Made by a program: the position numbers and the translations under genes. Below are positions 38,160 to 51,079 of a stretch of 64,000 bases of DNA, piece by piece. The stretch is from Lama glama. Its lineage: Eukaryota. Positions within the stretch are counted from its first letter, which is position 1. Every line of letters starts with the position of its first letter. Below the pieces are notes generated by a model. The model saw nothing but the letters and a program-made list of their open reading frames with translations, was not told the DNA's origin and searched no databases. Location of the stretch: assembly GCA_028534125.1 (NCBI GenBank), contig CM052818.1:22012001-22076000 (forward strand), in the 5' to 3' direction.

Positions 38160-39856
38160 TTTTTTTTAATATTTTTTATTGAGTTACTGTCATTTTGCAA
38201 TGTGTCAAATTCCAGTGTAGAGCACAGTTTTTCAGTTACACATGAACATACATATATTCGTTGTCACATTTTTTTTTCGCTGTGAGCTACTACAAGATCT
38301 TGTATATTTTCTCTTGTGCTATACACTATAATCTTGTTTATCTATTCTGCATATGCCTGTCAATATCTGCAAATTTTGAAATCCCAGTCTGTCCCTTCCC
38401 ACCCCCCTGCCCCCTTGGCAACCACAAGTTTGTATTCTATGTCTGTGAGTCTGTTTCTGTTTTGTATTTATGTTCTGTTTTGNNNNNNNNNNNNNNNNNN
38501 NNNNNNNNNNNNNNNNNNNNNNNNNNNNNNNNNNNNNNNNNNNNNNNNNNNNNNNNNNNNNNNNNNNNNNNNNNNNNNNNNNNNNNNNNNNNNNNNNNNN
38601 NNNNNNNNNNNNNNNNNNNNNNNNNNNNNNNNNNNNNNNNNNNNNNNNNNNNNNNNNNNNNNNNNNNNNNNNNNNNNNNNNNNNNNNNNNNNNNNNNNNN
38701 NNNNNNNNNNNNNNNNNNNNNNNNNNNNNNNNNNNNNNNNNNNNNNNNNNNNNNNNNNNNNNNNNNNNNNNNNNNNNNNNNNNNNNNNNNNNNNNNNNNN
38801 NNNNNNNNNNNNNNNNNNNNNNNNNNNNNNNNNNNNNNNNNNNNNNNNNNNNNNNNNNNNNNNNNNNNNNNNNNNNNNNNNNNNNNNNNNNNNNNNNNNN
38901 NNNNNNNNNNNNNNNNNNNNNNNNNNNNNNNNNNNNNNNNNNNNNNNNNNNNNNNNNNNNNNNNNNNNNNNNNNNNNNNNNNCCATTTTGAGTTTATTTT
39001 TGTGTATGGTGTAAGGGAGTGTTCTAGCTTCATTGATTTACTTGCTGCTGTCCAGTTTTCCCAACACCATTTGCTGAAGAGACTGTCTTTATTCCATTGT
39101 ATATTTTTGCCTCCTTTGTCAAAGATCAGTTAACCAAAATTTTGGGGGTTCATTTCTCGGCTCTCTATTCTGTTCCATTGATCTATATGTCTTTTTTTTG
39201 TGCCAGTATCATACTGTTTTGATTACTGTAGCTTTGTAGTATATCTGAAATCAGGGAGCCTGATTTGTCCAGGACCATTCTTCTTTCTCAAGATTTTTTT
39301 TGGCTATTCGAGGTCTTTTGTGTTTCTATACAGATTTTTAAATCTTTTTCCAGTTCTGTGAAAAATGCCATTGGTAATTTGATGGGGATTGCATTGAATC
39401 TGCAGATTGCCGTAGGTAGTATGGCCATTTTAACAGTATTGATTCTTCCCATCCAAAAATACAGTGTATCTTTCCATCTGTGTCATCTTCAGTTTCTTTC
39501 ATCAGCATCTTACAGTTTTCAGAGTACAGATCTTTTGCCTCTTTAGGTAGGTTTATTCCTAGGGATTTTATTCTTTTTGACGTGATGGTAAATGGGATTG
39601 TTTCCTTAATTTCTTTTTCTATATTTTGTTGTTAGTGTATTGAAATGCAACTGATTTCTGTATATTAATTTTGTATTCTGCAGCTTTACCTAATTCATTG
39701 ATGAGCTCTAGTAGTTTTCTGGTAGCCTCTTTAGGATTTTCCTGTGAATGGTATCATGTCATCTGCAAACAGTGACAGTTTTACTTCTTCTTTTCCAGTT
39801 TGGATTCCTTTTATTTCTTCTCTGATTGCTGTGACTAGGACTTCCAAAACTATGTT
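38160..39856 (-). mobile_element. Younger LINE-1 (3' UTR plus ORF2 part), 5'-truncated, spanning the assembly gap
   Basis: 3' end ttttttattgagttactgtcattttgcaatg; after the gap the - strand encodes [17 protein letters not shown] (L1 ORF2). Confidence 0.9.
38483..38982. other. Assembly gap, exactly 500 N
   Basis: Run of N; the round size suggests a placeholder. Confidence 0.99.
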
Positions 39857-40564
39857 CATACAGCTTATTTAATACATTCTTAACTCTACATTACTGTCTC
39901 TACATTTCCCTACATGTCAGTAAGAACTCTTCTAAGCATTTTTAATGGTCACATTATTCCATTGTGTAAGTGAACTAAAGTTTATTTGCCCATTCCTCCT
40001 TTGACAAAAATTGTCACTGTTACAAGTAATTGTCATAATTCATATCTTTAGCTACTGGCATATTTGATTTTCAGATTGTTTACTTCGGATTGTTTCTCAG
40101 AAGTGGGTCAGATGTTATTCCAATTTTTAAGGGCTCTGATACATAAAGACAGAAATTTTGTTGTGTGTTTAAAGATGATACCTCTTTTATGGTTCATTGT
40201 AGTGCAGATATGGCCTGAAACCCAAGCCTCCCGAGTTCTAGTCCTTATACTTCTTTTGCTCAAAGTTATGATAAAATAGGGTGGTATTTCTTTGTTTAAA
40301 AAGAAAGGAAGGAAGAAAAAAACTTCATTCTTTCAGTCAAATGTCTTTTAAGGTACTTCAGTCACCTCCCAGGAAGGAAGTGTTGCAGCTTATTTAAATA
40401 AATTAACAGTGTTTGGATAATTCGTTTTGTATTTTAACATTGGACATTAAGTCCAGGGAGAGATGATGCATACAAGTATGAAAAATAATGATATGAAATG
40501 TTAAATAACCATATTAAGGGTTTCTGTAAAATATATTATTTAATTTTATTCTTGACCCTTTGAG

Positions 40565-40660
40565 CAGTTCAGTAATCACTTACTGAGTGCCTGCCATGTG
40601 CCAGGCACTGCTAAGTTCTCAGGATACAAACACAAAGGCAAATTAGAGTCTGCTTTAAAA
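40565..40660 (-). mobile_element. L2 3' end
   Basis: ttactgagtgcctgccatgtgccaggcactgctaagttctcaggataca. Confidence 0.75.
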
Positions 40661-43600
40661 TTATTTAGCGTTTCTTTTTCTAACTTATTCTGTTGAGGTT
40701 CAAACCTAGATTTCAAGCTAAATGGTATGACCGATATTGATAACATCTTTATATGTTTTCAAATGATTTTCATGTACTTCTTTATGTGAGCCTCTCACAG
40801 AAACCCTGAGAGGTAACAAAACTCCAGTTCAGGGTGTGAGTGTGGAGCTTATTGGTTAGTAGTGGTCATGGAATTTGGAATCTTTTCTGTTGGTTCCCCT
40901 ACACCATTCCTAGCTCCATGATCTCTCTTTTTTTCAAAGTGAGATAAGGTATAGCATTTCATCAATTTAAGGTGTTGGAAGTGTTGGTTTAATACATTTA
41001 TATATTGCAGTATGACCTCCATGATCCCTTAACCTCAGTATCTGGACCACGTAAACAACTTACCCTTTCTCCGAAATTCCTCTTCCCTGACTTTCCCCTC
41101 TCTTCTTGACTACCACTATTCTTCCATCACACTTCAGCCAGAGTAAATTTGCTGTCTTCTAAGGGGGCAAGACCCTTCTCTTTATTTATGACTTGGCCTG
41201 TAAGACTGGGTTTGGATTACAGTGATCTCCCAACCTTTGTTATTCTTCCCTTTGTTCTTTACTAGATCAAATTTAGGATTTTATCCTAATTTGCCTCCCT
41301 TAATAAGCCAGGATGGATCTTATATGTACAGAAGGGATTTTAGAGCTAATTTTTTCCCCCTAACCTCCCAGATTTCAAGAGATGTCAATTCTCACACCAA
41401 TTCATACCCCCTCTCCCATGAATGAGTTTACTTAGTATCTTCTGTAGCACCTAGTTGAGTGGTTCATACTTCGTTTATGATAATTAGGCTGTTAGTTTGA
41501 CTTGTTCAGCCATATTTTCCTCCATACTAGATATGGTCCTTAAGTCTATCTCTGAAGATTTTAGGGAAGAGGACAAATACTGGAAGGTTTTATAATTCAG
41601 GACACCCTTTTTCTTCCCTTGCTATTTAGCCACGGGATGATAGTTGGTTTCTTTGTGGTTTTGTTTGTCCTGTCCTCATGCACTTGACTTTCCTCCTCCT
41701 CCTCCAACTGGAGGACATGAAGCCAGAGTAGTTGTTTCTTTGTTTTCCATTTTCCATTTCTGGCAGTAATGGCAAGAAATTTCTATTTTGAAGTTAAAGT
41801 AATTTTCCTTGAGATAAAGTTTGAAGTAGAAGACTCTTCATTTCTTTTCACTTTAAAGGTAATAATTACTTGATATATATTTACTGGTATACACAGAAGC
41901 CTATTATAATAACAGCAACTTTACGTCAGAAATAATAAAATTTAATAAAAGAAATTTTTTGAATTGGAACTACACAAAGTGTTTTGAAGCACAGTAACAC
42001 ATGTAGAATCAATCATGCCTTTTTAAAAAAATTATTACAATTACTTTACCCTCACTGTCTATTGAGTAGGTTATATGTAGCAAAAACAAGAAAAATTAGA
42101 GGTGAGTTCATTGTTTTAATCAAGCATTAACTAGTTTTGGATAAGTTACATTCAACACCCCGGTTAGGATTCTGTTCTTCTCTATGGTTTTATTACATTT
42201 TTTATTTTTGCTTTCAACTTGCAGTGTTTAAAATTCAATAAGATGTTCAGAGATAAGCCAGAAATGTAGACTGTTACAGAAGCCTAGGAGATTTAGTTAA
42301 TCTGACCTAGATGTTCTTTTGATGATTGAGATTTATTTGTGAAAACAATTCTCAATTTCAAAATGAAACATAGGAATATCAGCCATATAAGTCAGCTGTC
42401 CTGCCAGTGACAGGCAGATTATCAGCCACAAAAAGGAAGAGTTTGCCATAAAAGTTGTGCTATTTAGATCATTGGCATTTAGATCAGCAATAATACGAAA
42501 GTTGTACGTGAATGTAGTCCTTGCATTTTGCTATGTTTTAAAGAGGATTATCTAGTATTTTTTCAAGGGCTTTTTGTATGCATTTGATGTTGGATTCATT
42601 TTCAGTGTAATGCGTGTGAAACAAGCAGGTAGTATGAGAAACTCCTGGAGTAGAAATTGGGTGAAAATGTAAATATTAATGATATTTGAGAATACATGTG
42701 AACAATTTATACAGCATTTGTTTCTTGTATCCCAAAACATGGGTACTTGCACAGTTAGAATGAGAACACTTATACAACTTTTTCTGTACCATTTTTTTTC
42801 TGTCACTCTAGCTCTGAGATACTGGTTCCTGCATCAGTTTTTAATTTAACATTGTACAGTATTAGTTTTAAGAAATAAAAAATAATGAGATCTTAGAAAT
42901 GAGAGATCAGATCTGGCATAGTCCACAAAGCTGAGTGGAGAAAGCAGTAAAGGTAGATCCTCTGGACTGAAGCAGCCAGAGTAATGAGTGTCATTTTCTT
43001 ATAATGCTGTGATTGAAATGTAGTATTTAATAGTGAAGCACTCTTACAGGTGATGAAACCACTATAGGTAGAGCCACAGATCCTAGGAATTATGTGTAAA
43101 ACGGTTTGTCTTTTATCCTAGTACTCAAAATTGTAAAACCATTGCTTTGAAGCCAGAGTTAGTGACTAAACCTTAGTAATTCCTAATTGAGGATATAACA
43201 TACATCTCAATTACTGAAATAAACCAGGACTATGAACTAACTTTAAGTACTTGGCTTTTTTTTTTTTTTTTAGTACTTAGCTCTTTTAACATTTAGTTTT
43301 AGATACTAGGCAAGCATGTGGTATCAGAATACTTTTATCACTAAATTTTACAAAGTGTGTTTCTTTAAAAATAAAAGCCATTGGTTTATCACTGTGACAA
43401 TTGCTAATAAGCCTATATAACAGATTAATTATTTTTCTTCTTGAATGTGTCGGGATTTCTAAAATCTATGTGTATGTGTGTGTAATTTGACATATTTTGG
43501 GATTGATTTAGTTCATCATTTCAAGCTTTGCTTTTGAATTACAGAAAGCTTAGCTATTTTAATAATTAAAAATTTATGGAATGAAAATTGACCTACAAAA

Positions 43601-43833
43601 TAACATTTTGAAATAACATGAATCCTCTAGACACAGTTGTTAAGTGTAGGTTGTTCTAATCCTAAAGGTCTTTGATAACTGTGGGATTAAATTATAGGTT
43701 TCTTTTGGGAAACCTATATGTTTGGGAAGGTGGCAGTAGATTCAAGAGGAGGAAAACTACTTGTCTTTGAGGGAAAGTTAACATTTGGCTAAAGCCCTTA
43801 CCTTGTGTGCTATTTGATTATTCTATTTTACAG

Positions 43834-43902
43834 ACTCCAGGCATTAGAGCTCGATCTGCAAGACTTCAGTGGTTTTGTGACAGATGTATTGCAAGTAATC
43901 AG
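43834..43902 (+). CDS. LRPPRC: LRPPRC exon ~26 (69 nt): [23 protein letters not shown]
   Basis: ttttacag| acceptor, CAG|gtttgt donor. Confidence 0.97.
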
Positions 43903-44457
43903 GTTTGTGTTTAATTTCTGGTCTCAAACACCTAAAACTGTGAGTAGAAAGCATGTCATATGAGCATTTGGGGATTTCAGGAGATGCAGCATTGGTTATC
44001 TTTGTTGTATTCAAACCAAGCAGTAGCTTACTTCTGATTCCTGAGGTCCCATGAAATCTCTAAACGTTTTAACATGGGCCCTGAAGATTTTAGCTTGCTT
44101 TATTCACTTGTTGGCATGAGCAGGCTCATACTGTTCCCTTGGCAATTTAAATCTGCTTCAGTCCTTAGTGACCAGAGGAGTCCCTTGATAGGAGCGCAGT
44201 GGAGTTTCTGCTTTATTTCTCCTCCAGCGCAGGTATCTGTTCACTTCCTGCCAAGAAAAAGCCACAGGGAAGGGGAAGTGTAATGTTTGAGTGGAGGAAT
44301 ATTCTTATTAACAAATAAAGACGTACTCACTGAGTCCTCCACCCTAAGTATCTTTGAATTTTCCAAAATGCCTCTTCGTGGAGGTTCCCTCAACTAGAAA
44401 GTTACTTTATATGTGTTCTTGACTCCAAAGAGTCCTTCAGCTGCTTAACTTAAAAAA

Positions 44458-44555
44458 TTTTTTTTAATTGTGATAAAATACATAATAGATAAAATTTATC
44501 ATTTTAACTGTTTTTAAGTGTATAGTTCAGTCGCATTAAGTACATTCAAAATGTA
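44458..44555 (-). mobile_element. Short LINE-1 3' tip (L1MB-like)
   Basis: ttttttaattgtgataaaatacata...aaaatttatcattttaactgtttttaagtgtatagttcagtcgcattaagtacattca. Confidence 0.8.
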
Positions 44556-44631
44556 CTCAGTCCTTTAATTTTGGAAGTGAAGTTAATCTGACCTTTGGAT
44601 AAAGCTAATTTGAAGCATTATTCAACTGTGA

Positions 44632-44790
<159 letters not shown>

Positions 44791-47700
44791 TGATCGGACT
44801 ATTCCTCATGTTTTCATTTTGAGACATTTATTTTGTAGAAGGCAGTGGCCAGAAAGGAGTTATCAGGCTTTGAGAAAGTTCCAGGAATTGTCAAATGTGT
44901 CTTCAACAGAGGCTCAATAGAGGCCAGATTGAGTTTTATCACAGAATGTTATATTGTATCACTAGAAACCCTTCATCATTTCTAACATTCTTACTGCAGT
45001 AATGAGGTGAGAAAAATCTTCATCAGAGCCACAGAATTTAATGGGACTTTTTCAGGCGAGACTATTCTTTTCCTTCTTTTAATTTAAATTCTTTAGTAGA
45101 TTTATTTGTCACTTCTGTAAATAGGTAATCATTGACTGTTCGTTTGTATAGATCATTTCCTCCCCAAAAATGCATATTGATGTACAAACTTATTGCTAGA
45201 CAATTACTTTTAAAAATGTGATCATATTATAATGCAGTTTTGTCTCAATTCTGTATTATAAACATTTTTCTACATTTTGTCACCTGCAAATGGCTATACT
45301 GGACAGATACACTAAAATTTACTCAACCAGTCTCCTATCACTAGACATGTCAATAGATTTCAATTTTCCATATTGTAAAAAACACTGCATTAGTCATCTT
45401 TGTACCTTAATCTTTGTTCACGCCCTTAATTGTTTCCTTAGGCTGAATTTGTATTTGTATTAAAAGTGAATCCTTCCTCCCTCCCTTTCTTCCTTCTTTC
45501 CTGATCTAGATTATTCTCTTTTTCTCATGGAAAATTTTCCTTCACTAAACATAGACAGCAGTGAATAAGTTGATTCATTTGTCTTTTTGGAACTTGTATT
45601 TATTCTCATTGGAAGCTTTGTAAGTAAGATTTGTTGTAAAATTTACATTTCACTTGGTGGTTGCATTGACACACACTTCACGATGTAATTCTGTAAACTT
45701 TCGCTTGAATGATGATCACATCCTGGCAACAATAATGAGGTTGTTATTGAATGTTATAGAATTTTAAAACTTGGGTTTTAGGCATTTAGTCCTTAATTAG
45801 TTGATTATAACCAGTGTTGGAGTGCTAATTCTCCCTCTTTCTTACTTTTGAAGAACTGTTTCATGCTTGAATTATAATTTTATTCAAACTAAAAAAGAAA
45901 AAAACCTGAGTGTATGTATCTAAATGAGTTTCAGCATTTAAAGTCATCCCCAGGGAAGACTATATAAACTTTGATTCAGAAATACTGTTGAAGCCCTTAT
46001 TACGCCAGCCATTGGGGTGGGCGGTGGGCACTACAGATAGGAAGAGAGTGCGCTGCAGGAAGAGTTCAGAGCTGTACGAGAGGCGGCAGTGCAGGGTGAG
46101 ACAGCAGCTGGAGCGGGGCCTGGGCTACCGTGGTCCTCCGGGGAGGGATGAGATGCAGGCAGCCCTACAGACTGCCTTTTCCTCTGCAGGGGACCTTTCG
46201 CTTTTGTTGTTTTTTTTAAAGAAAGAGAAGGAAAACCAGCTTTCCTTTCAGGTTAAGCAGGAACTCTTAAAGATAACCTCTGAGGTTTCTTACCCTTTCC
46301 TTTACTCCCCTCCGCCTGTTCTGATGGATACCTCCGTCCAGTTTCTTGCCCTGTGTTTGAACCAGTAGTCTGAGGAGCTGTCATCCCCTCAGCTGAGGAG
46401 CCTCGGAGGCTGAGGTAGCATGAGGGTGGCCTCCTGTGGGTCTGGAAGCCAGAGGAATCATTATAGGGAAGTATACTTTTTTTGCCCAATTTGTTTACTT
46501 CCCACCTTCTGTAGTGCTATAAATCAATAATGTCCCTTTCTGAAGACGTAAGCTGTCCCCCACTGTGTCCGCCTCTGCCCATTTTGCCCTCTGACTTAAA
46601 CTACTTGTGTGTGAAAGAATTTATAAAGCACTGTAGACTCAATCTGTTTGAAAAGGAACATATGGTATGGAATGATACATGAAACGTGGCCCTATAACAC
46701 TGGAAAAATCCGTATTTTGGATTGTGGCTTTTTGAGAAGACCTTTTTTTGACCTACTGGAATTTTTCATGAGCTCATTCTTTTTCATGATGTAATTTTAG
46801 CCCTTAAAAGGGGTTCATTTAGTTATTTAGGGGTTTGTTGAAGAGCAGTTTTGCTTTGTTCATTTTAAAACAGTACCTCTCACAAATGCAGATACGCATT
46901 TAATTTTGCTGTGAATTACAACATCCTACAGAAACATGCCCAAAGATACGTTGCTTGATGGTTTCTGACAGCCAGCATCCGTGTAACTATAATCTATCTA
47001 GATTAAGGAATAGAAAATATAACTCTTCATACCTTTAAATAATAGCTGTATTAAGCTTGCTCTCATTTTCTACTTATTCTATATAATTTGATGTTCATAG
47101 GTGATCTGTAACAAGAATCTACCATAATTCAAACTTGAGTTCTATGCTTTCTAATGTATTTTTACCTTTCATTGTGGTAGTCTTTTAAATTAGCTCCTGA
47201 GACCTACAACAAACATTACATGAGTGAAACAACTCCCTCACCTTCATAAAGAATATACTGTTATTTCTAAATGACAATATTTTCACTTTCTTACCACTTT
47301 CTTATATTCGAAACATTTCACTTTCTTTACATATACAAAGTAAAGATAGTTTATTCTTTGTATATGTAAAGTACTCTATCCAAAAAGAAAGCTGCCTTAC
47401 ATTCATAATTTTGCATTAAAATTTTTTTGAATCTATCTGTAAAACCCCAACGTTTAAAACCTGAGCATTTATCCTCAGAAGTTGCTTATTTGCTGTTTTC
47501 TTCAGGTACTTGAAGCCATTGACATTTCTTTTCATGTCGTGTGGTCTTTCCCCCTCTAGTATTGCACAAATAAAACATGAACATATTCTAAATCACTGAA
47601 GCTTCAAGCAGTACACTAGTATACAGAGCAAAATGTGGAAACGTCATTGTGTTCACACCTCACAGTCTTTTCGGTTGGCCATCCTTCCCGTTCACTCTCT

Positions 47701-47899
47701 ACGTTTGTATCCATTTTTTTTTTTTACATATGCACCTGTTATTTTGATTGTTTTATGCTCTATGTGTTTCATACTCTATGTTCTGTGTTTTTTTTTAATT
47801 AATAGGAAATAAATTCACAGCAAAAGATATGATTGCTTTTTCTCCCTTTAACTACCAGTTTTAAGTGCAGGTATCCTTAGAACCTCCTACGTTTATCGT

Positions 47900-48190
47900 T
47901 TTTTTTTTTTTTTAAGTCATGAGTTCATGAATATTTTGTATATTTGTGTTTCAGTTTGTTGCGGTCATTTTTCTTTTTGGTGCTCAAACTTCCCATCTTT
48001 GGCCACTGGGAACCCCTTTACATCAGCTTCTGTGTCATTTGACACACCCCGTTAGTCTTTGATAGGTCCTTGTTTTCAGGGAAAACAGGGCCATCCAGGC
48101 TTATGTGGCATAATTCCTGTCCCAAACCTAGAGCCTTATTTTAGAGGGGAGTGATATTTACAGACCATGATCAGGTGACTGACACATGGG
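47900..48190 (-). mobile_element. Old LINE-1 fragment (L1MC-like)
   Basis: tgctcaaacttcccatctttggccactgggaacccctttacatcagcttctgtgtcatttgaca. Confidence 0.6.
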
Positions 48191-50694
48191 GAATTTGGAA
48201 ATTTCCCCAGCCTATCAGTAATACGTAAAAACTCAACAGCTTTATCATTAAAATCCTGAAATCTAGAAATCTTCATCTCTTGGTTTAATACCATAGAAGC
48301 TGCATGTGAAGTACCAGTTGTTGTTACACACTGATCAGATGGCCAAAAATGTAGCCCCACAACTGTGTTCTTGTAAAATTCACTAATAGTGTCAGAAACC
48401 TTTGATTTTGTAGCTTAAGAGTTCTCAGAGATCATTTAGCAGCCAGTGCTCTTGTTCTTTGAAGAGAGAGCTGGGAGTTCCTGGAAAGTGATGGAATTAT
48501 TAAGGCAACGTCTATTCCCTGGTCACAGCCCGGGTTTGTGGCTGTTTCATTCTTCAGATAACAAGTATGATTGTTGTTGTCTTGGTTGAAGGAATTTTAA
48601 GCCCCAGAGGCGTATTATGAAAGAAAGGTATGGCCTTTCTGTTATCTTTGTGAGATTTTTTTACACATAGCTGTAGATTTTGGCACTGACTAGTTTGATT
48701 GCCCTAGATTTTGGGTATATATTCTGTGATTCAGGGACATTTCCAAGAAATTTTTTCTCAAAAAAAAAAGTGTATATGTATATCTCAGTTGTTTCATGTT
48801 ATATACACTGTCCAGTTCTCTCACCTGTATTTTGACATATTTTCTTGTTATAAGCTTCTAGTTCACTTGAATAAGGTGCATCTGTGTAATACTTTCCCAG
48901 ATAAGAAGCTTATTAGAAGCTTTTCGTATAGTTTGTGCTTTTTTAAAAAGAATTATCTTCCCAGAGTTCTTTCAGTCTGAAGGCAGAATTGTACCTCATC
49001 CACGTCTTCGCTGTTCAAAATAGTTATGCTAGCTTAAAAGTTAATCTTTTTAAAAAGTACCTTAGCAGTGCTATTCCCGGCTCTTGGCAGCCCTCCCCGT
49101 GTCTTCCACAGTCCATAGTGCCCTTTTGCAGGGAACAGAAGTGGTCCGCCTTTCCCTTCTATGGAATTAAAGATTCTGGTGCGTGGATTTTTGTTTTTAA
49201 TTTATTTAATTAAATAAATTAAAGTTTATTTGATAAACTTTATGTATAAAGTCTTAATCATTACCATGCTTGAAAAAATTACTCTTGAATTTTACATTAC
49301 ATGAGAACATTTTGATGAGGGAAAAGCATAATTAGCTTATGAGAGTCTTGTTTTAAAAATGGATTGTAAATTTAATAAGGGTTTTATGTTAGGCTGATTT
49401 TATTATCAAAGTATGTATAAAATCACTTTGAACTTTAGGTTAATTTCTGCTGTTTGGGCCACCTTTTAGTATTTTCTGTGTGGAAGTCTGGTCTGCAATC
49501 TTTGTATGACCCCTGGGACATTTTCTATTTCCTACATTTTTGTTTATTGCTGATTTCTGATGGAATGTAAATGTGTTTTGTTTTTGTTCTTTGAGTTTTT
49601 TATCTCCAGGGGTCATTAGTTATCAAAGAGCTTGTTAATAAGCTCTTCAATTTTAGAGTGGGAAGGAAATCTAGAAAAATCCCATTCGTTTTAGTATTTT
49701 GGCATTTTTAAGAAATAATTAACTCATGGTTTCTGGACCATTTGTGCCTTGAACAAGCCCCCTTCCCAGAGCTGACCATACACCACTGAGATAGTCCTTA
49801 TTCATATTTGCAATTTTTTTTAAAGGCCACGTTTAAAACAGTATTTCTTTGTGTGTGATAGGTGTATTGAACTTAATGTCTTAAGATATTTTTCATGTTT
49901 TGCTCTATTTTTCACAAGCAGAAACTTGCTAAATTAAATGACTTGACCTTTTCTTTTTCAAAACCCATCAGAATGTTTAAAAATAAAGTATTGATTCTTA
50001 CCTTTTTGCTATTTGTGCAGACTCAGTTACCACGTAGAAGGAACTAGATAATTCAATATGAAGGAATCCGTTTGTTTCTGATAAACGTCCTTGTCCCCCT
50101 GTAATACTTACTTAGTCTGATGGCATTATCTATTGAGATAGGAAATTTATCACACACTGTCAGAAATTCTTCAAGTCAACAGAAGAACAGAATTCTCCCT
50201 ACCTAATTAAATGAAAAAGGTTTGTTGATCTGTCACTTTTGACAAAAATCATACATCTGCACGCTTCCAATCATTTTAGACCCTTGGCTGTGTACCTAAC
50301 TGTACATATGTATCCCATCATTTTTCCAAAGTCTAATAGGCATAGTTGAGTTGTTAGCTGTTTCTGATTTTGATGTCAGCAGTGAGCAATTTCTCAGTTG
50401 CTTTAAAAAGACAAACTTTTTATCAACATGATTTTGAAAGTTTTTAATAAATAAAGTAGGGTGGGTTTTTCCCGTGCTGTTTTTTAATAGGTAAGGCATC
50501 TCTATGGTTTAAAATTCAAAAGATACAAAAAAGTATACAGGAAGAAGTCTTCTCATCTTTGATCCACAATCACCCTGTTCCTTTCCATGGAGACAATATT
50601 TGTAATGCTTTCTTCAGCATCAAATTTTTAAAAGTTTTAAATATGCTCATGAATTCTATTTAGTACATTCATTAATTTCTGCTTATTTTTACAG

Positions 50695-50837
50695 AAGCAA
50701 GTGGTGACTGGCAAAGAGCTGATGCTGTGTGGAATAAAATGCAAGAAGAAAATATTATTCCTCGTGGGAAGACACTAAGATTATTAGCAGAAATCCTTAG
50801 AAACAGTAATCAAGAAGTTCCATTTGATGTACCTGAG
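50695..50837 (+). CDS. LRPPRC: LRPPRC exon ~28 (143 nt): [48 protein letters not shown]
   Basis: tttttacag| acceptor, GAG|gtaatt donor. Confidence 0.97.
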
Positions 50838-50973
50838 GTAATTTGTTTTTAACTGTAAGCATAACAGATTTTTTTTGCCAGTATAACTTTAGGTTATAGA
50901 TTAGTCCAGCTTTACACTGAAAAGTTCACTTTATTTACTAGTTTTTCTTTAATTGAATGATTTTGTTTTTAAG

Positions 50974-51079
50974 TTGTGGTATGAGGATGAAAACCTTTCT
51001 GTGACTTCATCACCCACACCTGTAGACGATAGTCTCCAGAAAGATCTATTGATTGCCTGCCAAAGGAAGAGAAACAAAG
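50974..51079 (+). CDS. LRPPRC: LRPPRC exon ~29 (106 nt): LWYEDENLSVTSSPTPVDDSLQKDLLIACQRKRNK
   Basis: tttttaag| acceptor (AAG), AAG|gtaaac donor; lies inside ORF 50953..51153. Confidence 0.94.

Noticed and set aside
38261..39133. Long ORFs of 172-290 aa
   Set aside because: Artefacts of translating through the 500-N gap; the flanks are L1
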